Below are positions 23,626 through 34,000 of a stretch of 64,000 bases of DNA, piece by piece. The notes below the pieces were generated by a model. It worked only from the letters and a program-made list of their open reading frames with translations, searched no databases and was not told where the DNA came from. The first letter of the stretch is position 1. Each line of letters starts with the position of its first letter. Source of the DNA: Tieghemostelium lacteum (lineage: Eukaryota); contig LODT01000028.1 of assembly GCA_001606155.1 (NCBI GenBank), positions 406,735 through 470,734 of the forward strand, written 5' to 3'. Position numbers and translations under genes: made by a program.

Positions 23626-23649
23626 AAGGCGCACTCATAAAAATAATAT
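23626..23649 (+). promoter_or_regulatory. AAGGCGCACT + (CAT)AAAAATAATA motif, copy 2 (125 bp upstream of the ThyX ATG)
   Basis: The same 10-mer as at 20511, in the same orientation, preceded by an A-run. Confidence 0.4.
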
Positions 23650-23864
23650 AAAAACTGGTTTCAATTGAATACAGATTTTAATCATGAGTTATATAATCAA
23701 ATAGTTAAATTTTTGTAATTCATTTAACAAAAAATAGATAATATAATAGTAAGAAATTAATTGAATCATTCTATATTTTTAAAGAGAAAATACATCTAAA
23801 TTGATAGTGAACAATAGATTAGATAAGAGTAAATGCAAAGTTTAAACCTGTAGAGGTTGGAGAA

Positions 23865-24866
23865 ATGAAAAAAAAAGCTGGATCTATAGGTACCACTTTT
23901 GAAGGATGCCTAAGTATGAGTAGTTTTGCTGTAAATGAAATGATATCATATATTGAAAGACAACCAAATGAACCCTCTGATTTACACAAAGAGCATCAAA
24001 TTAAAGATTACAAAATCTCAGTTGGAAAAGATTCAAATTGTAACGTAAAATATCTCACTGGTAAAATTACATGTCCTAGACAGAATGCATCTTCTGGAAA
24101 TAGATTTCCATGTGCAGAAGACATTAGTAAACTTGTTAAATATTACCATCATCCAAGTCTAGATATCACCAATAACAAAAAAGAAACTATTCAAATACTA
24201 AAAGAAAACCATTATATTTGGCCTACTATTAGACAAGATTGTGAAGAAAAAATTAGTCATTGTAAACAGTGTATAAATCCAGTTCAAGAACTACAATCGG
24301 TAACAATACCTATACCCAATGTTCCTCCCACTCAAAGTTCCTCACCTCCGCATGCTGCTAATAACTTTATAGTCACACCAACACCAACATCACCCACCAA
24401 ACCACTTTTTCCAATAAAACCATCAATACCCATTAAAAATGAAATTACACCAGACCCTTACAATAATAGATATCAACCATATATAACTACACGAAACAAC
24501 CAACACCAACTTATGCAATCAACATCTTATAGACACAATCCAAATGACTTAAACCCAATGCCACATCATAACTATCCTCTTTATTATCATCCTAGTAACC
24601 ATAACAATAATAGCAATGGTTTTAGTGGAACACCTCAGAGACAGGTAAGGTCTCAAACATCAACAGAAATGCCGTTAGCCTATGTTGATGATATCAAAAG
24701 AAAGGTAAAAGTGGAAGTGGAGGAAAAGATGAAAGAAATCTATACTGCCAAGACCAAAATTCACATGGACAAGATTATTTCTCTTGAAAATCAAAATTCT
24801 CAACTCAAAAAGAATCTAACTGTAAAATTAGAATTATCAGAATACAAAAAGATATCAATAACATGA
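23865..24866 (+). CDS. Hypothetical protein with a degenerate retroelement integrase-type (H2C2-like) zinc-finger region, a P/N/H-rich linker and a C-terminal coiled coil
   Basis: 333-aa ORF. ISKLVKYYHHPSLDITNNKKETIQILKENHYIWPTIRQDCEEKISHCKQCIN follows the integrase N-terminal pattern H..H..KT...L...Y.WP....D.......C..C. No RT, RNase H or integrase core lies nearby. Confidence 0.45.
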   Translation: MKKKAGSIGTTFEGCLSMSSFAVNEMISYIERQPNEPSDLHKEHQIKDYKISVGKDSNCNVKYLTGKITCPRQNASSGNRFPCAEDISKLVKYYHHPSLDITNNKKETIQILKENHYIWPTIRQDCEEKISHCKQCINPVQELQSVTIPIPNVPPTQSSSPPHAANNFIVTPTPTSPTKPLFPIKPSIPIKNEITPDPYNNRYQPYITTRNNQHQLMQSTSYRHNPNDLNPMPHHNYPLYYHPSNHNNNSNGFSGTPQRQVRSQTSTEMPLAYVDDIKRKVKVEVEEKMKEIYTAKTKIHMDKIISLENQNSQLKKNLTVKLELSEYKKISIT

Positions 24867-25094
24867 AAGATGCATTTAAAGAAATATCTAAAATAGCTCT
24901 AACAGGTACCACCAACTCCAAAAAGGGTGCAAAAGGTAAATCTAAAAAATCAAAACATTAGCTAATATGTTGTCAAAATAAATAACTATTATTATAATTA
25001 TTATAAGTATTTTTAGTTGATTTAATCTAATTGCAGAGATAATTTATACAGCTTATTTATAGTATCCCTATTGTTTATAGAATGTTAATATATA

Positions 25095-26324
25095 CTAATA
25101 TAAAGAAACCCAATATAGTAATACAAACATTAATAATTCTCTTTTTACAGTACTAAAATAATTATAAAATTTACTGACAATTCCAATAGCCAAAACTGAG
25201 AATCTACTGAAATGCAACCTTTTTAAATGTGCCGCAATTACATTTAAACTATTTATCATCGAAGACAGTAACACTTCATTAGGTAACCAATATCTATCAT
25301 AGATATGTAAAATTATCAATTGAATAAAATCTTTGTTAATAACTCTACTTTGATTACTATTATTATCTATTGTGTTGCTTTCATTTTTCTTTTTGGATTT
25401 TGTTGTTTGTTGTTGTGTTACTGTGGTTTTTACAGGAAAGTCTTTAAATATAACTTTGGATTGAAAAGTTTCGGTAAAATTCTTTATATTATCTTCATCA
25501 GTGAAGATTGAATTTATCTTGCTCTTCACCATTGACAAATATTTAAAATGTATAAATTTCTTGTGCACTATTGATGATTTGGACATAAATTTACTATAGA
25601 TTTTCATTTCATCTCTCAAATCAACAGGAGCTCTATGACTTGTAAAATCAGATAACACATTGTTTATCATTGTCAATGTCTCTTCTAATTTACTTTTTTG
25701 ATCACTACTGTAATTTCTATAAAATGTATCATAACTTGTAATATTATCTATTGATATATACCCATTCTTTTCAAAAAGTGACTTAATTGAATGTATATTA
25801 AAAGTGAGTAGATTCTCTCTCTTTTGCATATATATATCCTGTTCCATTGCTTTCTGTTCCTTTTGTTGTTTTTCAGCAGTCTCAACTTTCTTATCAATTT
25901 TCTTGTTTTTTGGTTTATTCAATTGTTTCTCAATTTTGGTTTGTACATCTTTAGCAGTAGGCTTTCCTTTCCCTTTTCCATTAGCAACCTTACCGAATAC
26001 TCTATCACCAGAATTCTGTTTTCCTTTTATATGTTCATGTTTTTTTGGTACTTTTTTATCAAATTGTTTTTCTTCTGTTTCTTTTTGTTTCTTTAGTTTT
26101 GCATGACTTATTTTTTGATCTTTATCCTGTACAATTGATTTTACCTTTTTTGGCGTTGTGTTATCGTCATTTTCTGTGTTGGTGGTGTTTATTGTGCTAT
26201 TTTTGATTTTATCGTCTTTATCTTCTTTTTCATTAACAGGTTTAAACTTTTTTACTGGTCTATCATCGTCTTTGTTTTCTTTATCTTTTCTTTTTACTTT
26301 TTGTTGTTCTTTTTTATGATTCAT
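25095..26324 (-). CDS. Lys/Glu-rich (nucleolar-type) hypothetical protein
   Basis: The first true ATG of track ORF 25095..26345 is at 26324 (MNHKKEQQKVKRKDKE). The N-terminal half is highly basic and the C-terminal half looks globular. No family was recognised. Confidence 0.55.
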   Translation of the reverse strand: MNHKKEQQKVKRKDKENKDDDRPVKKFKPVNEKEDKDDKIKNSTINTTNTENDDNTTPKKVKSIVQDKDQKISHAKLKKQKETEEKQFDKKVPKKHEHIKGKQNSGDRVFGKVANGKGKGKPTAKDVQTKIEKQLNKPKNKKIDKKVETAEKQQKEQKAMEQDIYMQKRENLLTFNIHSIKSLFEKNGYISIDNITSYDTFYRNYSSDQKSKLEETLTMINNVLSDFTSHRAPVDLRDEMKIYSKFMSKSSIVHKKFIHFKYLSMVKSKINSIFTDEDNIKNFTETFQSKVIFKDFPVKTTVTQQQTTKSKKKNESNTIDNNSNQSRVINKDFIQLIILHIYDRYWLPNEVLLSSMINSLNVIAAHLKRLHFSRFSVLAIGIVSKFYNYFSTVKRELLMFVLLYWVSLY

Positions 26325-26562
26325 CGATCTGAAAATATTTTTCAATTTTAATAAATAAATTCAATTAATTTTTTTTTTTAATTTTTCATATTTATCATTC
26401 TGACTTCTACCACACATTTTGATATTTGTAAATATACATTTTTCAATTTATTATAACCAACAAGTGTGTGAATTCTTTTTTTTATTTTATAAATATATAC
26501 ATATAGATTTTTTGTACATTATTTTACTATTTCCTAAACTATAAACAACATTACATATAATC

Positions 26563-27952
26563 ATGAACACAATGAAACACATCCTTTTCAATCAGAGATC
26601 CCACAGCTCATCTCTAACAGTATCAATTAAAAGATACTATTGCACAAATAACAAAAATAATAACACAACCATCAGTAAACTCAATAATATACCATCATCT
26701 CCTTTGAATTCCATTCTAAAATACACCAAATCAAAACCTACCAAAAATATAATAATAAACGGTCACAATCAAATCTATAAAAGCAAAGAGCTAATAGAAA
26801 GGGGTTACTACAACAAAGCAGAGAAAAGTATATTATATGGATTTAGATATATGCAGAGGTAAGAAATAAATTATTTCCCAAAAAAAAATCCCATACAAAT
26901 CTCCCACCAAAAAATTAAAAGATTTTACTAACATTATTATATGATATTTTGTATTTAGTCGTGTTAACCCTTTATCATCAATATTTACTATTCCAAATCA
27001 TGCTGTAGGCCTGGTGTCTTACAAGATGGGTAAATTTTCAATAGGTGAACAATTTCTAAAATATTCTTTGGATAGAAAAGATGATGACACTGAGAAATCT
27101 ATATTTTTCACAAGACACCAAATAGGAGCTACCAATGACTTGGGTTTGACATTTTTGAGACAAGGTAGATCTCAAGAGGCTGAGGAGACATTGTTCAAGG
27201 CATTGGACATGGCTAACAAATATGAGTTATTCGATTTACTACCTACAATATATTCAAACTTGGGGGAATTTTATAAGGAAATGTGCTATTATGATAAAGC
27301 TGCTGAATATCACGGTTTAGCACATAGTCAAGCAAACTATAATAAGGATCTTATTAATGGTGCTGATATTGATATTTCCAGAATCTATTTGAATCGTGCA
27401 CAGATTCTCAGAATTTCAGGATCATTAGAAGAATGTAAGGTATTCTATGAACAGGGTGTAAAACACATGTTACAGTATTTTGACAAGATGGGGTACAGTA
27501 AGAATAGAGTACCCAAACACAATGACTGGGCAAAATCATTGATTGAGTTTGGTCATATCTATTATCAGGAGGGACAATACGAAAAGGCATTGTTGAAATT
27601 CCAAAATGCCAAAACTATCTTTGAGGAGATGGGTAATGCCAATACACTAGATGCATTGTTTAATCAGTTGAATATTGCATTGATTCTCAAACATTTCAAT
27701 CCCACACAATTAGACTCTAATGTGCAATTAGACAATATTCAACAGATTCTACAGAGAATTGAAAAACCTTATCAAGAGTTGAAACGTGAGAAATATATGT
27801 CACGTTTCAATCGTATCGATACTGTTATTCAATCTCTAAAAGAACAAAAATTCTTTAACTCTTTAGGAGAAAATATTGCTGCAAAAAAGAATTCAGAGAA
27901 AAACATTAAATTAATTGAACCACAACATTTTCAATTAACTTGTTTCAAATAA
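26563..27952 (+). CDS. TPR-repeat protein (kinesin-light-chain-like TPRs), two exons
   Basis: Exons 26563..26858 and 26959..27952, with intron 26859..26958 (GTAAGA..TATTTAG, 100 nt). The phase was checked against track ORF 27014. TPR-like repeats include ATNDLGLTFLRQGRSQEAEETLFKAL, IYSNLGEFYKEMCYYDKAAEYH and EFGHIYYQEGQYEKALLKF. Confidence 0.7.
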
Positions 27953-28067
27953 TAACAACCTGATATAGAACATATACAAACGCATTTGTAAATAGAATAG
28001 AAATAAATTAATAGTAATTATAGTTATTATTAGTTTAAAATTCATGTATTTTAATTAATTTATTGGT

Positions 28068-31000
28068 TTAAATTAATAGTTGTTTGAATTTTCCAGCTGT
28101 GATAATTAATTTAATTAGGTGGTCTTGAATGTTCAATTTACTAAGAGCAATTCTAGCTTCAGAGATTTTAAGTTTGGAAAGAAGTTCAGTAATCTGAGTT
28201 CTTGGTTGTTTTATATTGCTAAGGAAGACAAAGACTAGGAGAACTAATAGATGAGATAAGTTGGTACCTTGGGTTGCAGCAGGATTAAGACCGATCAATT
28301 GAGCTTCAGTAATACCAATGTTATTGTACAATGTAGCTTTATAGATGACTGGGAAAACACCATTTGCTAATATACTCTTAAGAGCAGTAGCTACAATTAA
28401 CTGTTGTTTTAGGTGTTCTGGATCTATTTGTTGTTGATCAGATGCTTTAAGAGCTGGTACCACTGGGGCCTTCATTGAACCTGATGCTCCAAATAATGCC
28501 TGTTTGAATGATAAACCCTCCGATGATGAGATAGAGGAAGATAAGGAAGATTTGGAGGAGGATGGAGTTGGAGCTTGTTGGACCTTGTTGAGAGACCATG
28601 ATCGCATTTTGGGTTCTTCCTCCTCCGGTTCCCATTTTTTTGACTTTGCAGCTTTGGAGTGTTTTTTATTCTTTTTTTTGGAGGTTTTGAGTTCTTCTTC
28701 ATCACTTATGTCATCACCCCAATTGTTTTTGAATATATCAAATGGTTGATCTTTTTCTACACTTTTTTTCTTTTGATCTTTTTCTATACTTTTTTGAACT
28801 GGTTCTTCAAAACTATCAAATAGAGAGAATCCCATGTCTTCATCGGAAGATTCTATCATTCTTTTTTCTGATTGTCTCATGGATAATGGCTGAGCTGGTT
28901 TGCTTGTTGATACAGTTGTTGGTGTTGGTGTTGGTGTAGTAATTGGTTCCAATGGATAATAACCAAATAAATCACCATCAGCGAATCCCATGTCAGATTC
29001 GTCTTCTTCTGGCATAGATTTTGCATAATGAGCACTTGTTGATTCTTTAGAATTGGTTCTTGAAACTGGCATACTGTAACCTCCACCATCGTCTCCAAAT
29101 AAGGAGAATCCCATATCATATTCTTCATCTTCTTCCTCTTCTAAATATTTTTCTTTCACCTCCTCTTGTTTAGCTAAAGGTTTTACAGAAGCAGCAGCAG
29201 AATAGACAGTACCTGATATTTTCGAATCAGATCTACCTCCGAAACCACCTTCACTATCCCAGTCTTCATCGTCGTCATCATCATCATTTTCTTCATTACT
29301 GTCATATTCTTTTCTGACAATAGATAGTCTTCTTGTTGACAATCTTGAAGAAAGAGTATCCATAAGAGCTGTTTTGAAAGACTTGTCATTTTCATTTTTA
29401 ACTTCTTTTGGAACAGATTTCAATGTCTGACCAGATTTAATAGACGATAATAGAGATTCAGTTGAAGACTCTTTTTTATCTTCAATAACTTTAGTTGGAA
29501 ATAAACTACCATGTTTCTTTCCACCACTTGGGACACCGCCAGTTGTAGGAGGTGTAATAGAGGATGATCTAGGTGATGGTGTGGTTGAAGAAGATGGTGG
29601 TGGAGGTGGTGGATATGATTGTCCTCCTCCGCCTCCCATGAAATACATAGCACCAGGAGCCATAGGTGGTGGTGTTGGTGATGAGTCCCAACCTATATGA
29701 GCTGCATTTTGGAATGAAGTTGGTGCACCAATTACTAAATCTTTATCATTTAATTTATCTTTCATAAATAGATCTCTCTTTCCCTTTTCTTGTTTAACTG
29801 GTGCCATTTGTTTTGGTGGAGGTGGACCTGAACTTACAGATGGTCTTGGAGGTGGAGTTGATGGTAATGGAGTGAGTGATTGTTGTGGTAGACCTCCAAA
29901 GGATGGCTTTGAATTACCAACTGAATAGAAAACTTGTTGAAAAGATGGTGTCTGTGGTGGACTTTGTACAGATTGTTGCTGTGGTAGACCTCCAAATAAT
30001 GACGTTGAAGGAACTGGGGCTCCAAATGCACTTGTTGATCCAAATTTTCCAGTAGCAGTAGAAGTTGAAGCTGATTGTACGACTGAGAAGCTTTGTTTCT
30101 GTAATTGGTGTTGTTGTATTTTTTGTGGTTGTGGTTGTTGCTGATATTGTACAATTGGAGTAGTTGGTGTATTATAAGGAAGTTGTTGCACAGTTATTGG
30201 TGATGGAGATGGAGGTGGAAGTGAGTTTGTAGATAATTTCTTTTTAAATGAAACCATTCCACCTTTGGATTTACTAAGCTTTTCTTTGTCAACAGATCTT
30301 TCTAAGACACTAAATGAAATATCACTTTTGATATCATTATTGTTATTATTATTGTTATTGTTATTGTTATTGTTATTGTTATTGTTATTGTTATTGTTTG
30401 AAAAATTATTTTTTAAATTGTTGAATGCTTCTCTTAAATTATTACTAAGTGATCTTTTTTTTTCTCCACTTTCTCTTGATCTGGAACCTCTACTTTCGCT
30501 CTCTTTGGGACTTTCATATATCTTTTTATCAATAACCTCAAGCTCACCAGATCCTAAAATGTCATCAACACTATTTTGAGGTGAATATCTAGAAGCACCA
30601 TTGCTCATAGTGGAACCTATTGTACCACCTCTACCTCTAGATCTACCATTGCTGCCACCTCTACCTCCATCTTTACCTCTTAGACTTACATTATCTCTAA
30701 TAGCATTTCTTGAATTTAATGCACCTGATAAATAAGAATCAAGCTCAAGGTCTAAAGAGTCAAAATGTTGATGTGCTTCTAATGATGGTTTTTCATCAGA
30801 TATGGGAATGTTTAATTCAATTGCACATAGTGATTCACTTTGTTCTTCAACTAGGTTTGCTAAATCTTGGAAAATGTCTTTAATTCCAGACATATCTGAT
30901 TGAAGTTGGAGGAGAGATTCATTTCTTTCATGGAGAATTTCATTATAATCCAACTCTTCTTTAGAAAGTTTGTAGGGTCCATATTCTTTTTCTACATTTC

Positions 31001-34000
31001 CAGTTGGATGAGGTCTATTAAGTTCCTTTACAGTTGGTGTGACCGTTTCAACTTTAAAAGTTACGGATGGTTTCATTGGAGATTTAATCCATTTATCTAG
31101 ATTGTTCTTTAACTGTTCTTGTTCATGTTCCTCATTTGAATCTCTGATAGAGGAACGTTCTTGTTCAGATTTCTTTCTTTCCAAACTCAACTCCAAGAGC
31201 TCTTGTTCATTTACAATAGTTGTAAGATCATCTCTAATCTCTTGCATAATCAATGTACTATCTGTATAAGAGTCCTCAGAAAGACTATCCAGTTCTGAGA
31301 TGGCATTGTCAAATGCCTCTTTAAGAATATGAGTTGATTTCTCAACTTGACCTGTTCTCTTATAGAATTGTCCTGCAAATTTACTAGCCCTTAATCTGTG
31401 TGGATGTGTTGATGGTAATGAAGAGAGTTTAGATAAGAGATTGTCAAGTTTTCCCGAGATCTTCTCATCCAATGATTTCTTGGCAATATCATTTTCTTCA
31501 AATTGACTTTGAGTGTCATAGAGTTGACACTCATCTTGAATTAAAGCAATTAGATTCTCATCAACTGCTTGGTTCTTTGGAACGGATTGTTCTATCAATC
31601 TCAATAGACTCTTAACCTGATAGATTAAATCAGTCTTTATCTTCAACTGACCTCTTTGAGCTTGTTTTAATTTTACAGGTGTCAATTTAGTTGGAGTTGA
31701 TACTTTAGTTGGTGTCTTTTTAGGTGTTGAAGTTGAGGGTTGTTGTTGTAAAAATACAGTTGGATCAAATTTAACTAATTCAATCTTGTCAAGAACCAAG
31801 TGTTTAATAGTTTCATTGATCATTTTAATCTCCTCTGTAGTATATTCTCCAAATTGTTCAGTAATTTGGTGGAAAATATTGATTGAATCTTGGTATTGTC
31901 CATTGGCATGCATGGATTTAGCCACATGAACTACTTGGTCTCTCTGGGAGAGTAAAGTGGAATCATTTGGATCTTGATCAGAGCCCTCAGCTTTTTCTTG
32001 CCATTGAATGTATGGTAATGTATCAATAACAGTTTGACTGACAATCTCTTGAATGGATGGTATATCTTTACGTTGAATTTCATTCTTTTCACGTTTTTCA
32101 ACAGCTACAAAACTGGTGAATTGTGTTACAATGGAATATTTAATACTGAGATTGATGATATCTTGTTTCTTTCCAAGTTTAATAAGGTCATTATCAAATT
32201 TTGAATTTGAATAGGTACCATCATTGTATTCTCTAATCATAGATCTTGCTGCTAATCTATGTATAAGACTACCACGAATGAAACCAATTTCAGGAGTGTG
32301 AACTGAATTTGTGATTAATCCACCACCTGGAGCTTGTGCAACGAGAGTAGCTCTAGTAGCAATTCCAGAGAATGCATATATCACTTGTCTTTCTTTCTTG
32401 AAGATTGAAGTAATGATATTAGGTGACTGAATAATCTTATCTGTAGAATCAAATTTAACTGAAATATTTGACATGGATGGTTGTAATGTTCTCTGAAGTT
32501 GATTGATAATCTTTTTTGGATTAGGTCTTTTGTTTGGTACAACAAACTCTGAATAACCACCACCTAGACGAGAGATGGATTTGATGAAATGTCTAGAAAC
32601 ATTTTCACCAATACCAAATGTAAATAATTTACAATAAGGTGATGCCTTTTTAACAAGTTCTTGCACTAAAGTTTCATTGGCAACGTTACCATCACTGTAT
32701 AGAATGATATTGTGTGGATTATTAGGTTTGGCATTCTCAGCTAACAAGAATAGTGATTGTAATGGTTGATGTAGTTGTGTGCCACCATAATGAGGTTTCA
32801 AACGATTGATATGATTCCAAGCCAATTGTAGATTGATTTCAGTTGGAGGTACATCTTCAACGAATAACCAATCAAATTGGTCACCAAACTGGACAATGTT
32901 AAAGAGTACTTTGAAACCACGAAGATTGGAAACAGTGAGTCTAAGAGCTCTTAACATATCCTCAAATGCATCACCAGCCATAGATGCTGAGAGATCAACA
33001 AGTAATGTCAAATGTGTTAGAGAATCCTTGTCATTGTCGATATCTAATTTTGGATAGAATGCCAACATGGATGCATGGTGACCTTGATCATCAACTTCCA
33101 CCCACATTCTAGGTGAATATGGTTCCTCAAGACCAATAAGTAACTGGAAGTTCTTACCAAGACTACTGTCTCCACTTGTGAGTTCAACAGTAGCTTTAGT
33201 GTTAGTCTTCTTTACACGAATTGGATGAGTTGGAGATGTTAATTTAACTATATTATAAGGCATTTCAACACCAACTTGTAGAGTCAAATCAAGGTTTTTG
33301 TCATCACCAATATGGGTAGTAGAAGTTGTGTTTTGAGTTACAGTACTACCACTTTTAGCACGTTGTTGAGGACTGATAGATGATGGTAAAATAAATGAAA
33401 TATCCAAACCATCCATTGACAGCTCTGTTATATAAGTTATCTTTATCAATACATCAGCTTGTGGTGGAAGATTACCAACTGAAACTGAGAAAACATCTGG
33501 TTTATCTTCATCCATTAAATAAGCACCATCACCTCTTTCAACAGCTTCCCTATACTCTCTATGTGCTTTCTCTTTCTCTTTACATTCACCAACTACATGT
33601 TTACCATTGATGAATGCTTCGAAACCACAAACTGCAGCCATTTCATCTAAAGGAAATACATATTTTGCCTCAATTTGAGAACTTGATGAATTCTTGTAAT
33701 GTTGATAGATAACAACCTCACCAATTAAATCCAGAACTTTAGCACGTACATGAACATCTTTTAATGGAATATCAACTTTTCCACCAGATGCAATAAGACC
33801 TACTTCCTTAGGTTCCTCTTCCATATCCTCAGGTTTAGAAGATGGTTGGATCTGGTCACTTACCTTGTCTTGTGGTAATGTTAGTTTTGGAGCACTTTGT
33901 GCACTAACTGCCATAGCTTGAGGTACTGCCAAAGGAGTTGATGTAGTTCTTGCATCAGGCATCTCAAATTCAACTAGATACAAGAGTTTTTGTTGTTTAG

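Noticed and set aside
25320-26106. Plus-strand ORFs 25320..25511, 25804..26106 and 25824..26096
   Set aside because: They are antisense to the Lys-rich gene. Their Phe/Leu/Ser-rich translations are the mirror of AAA/GAA-rich coding sequence.
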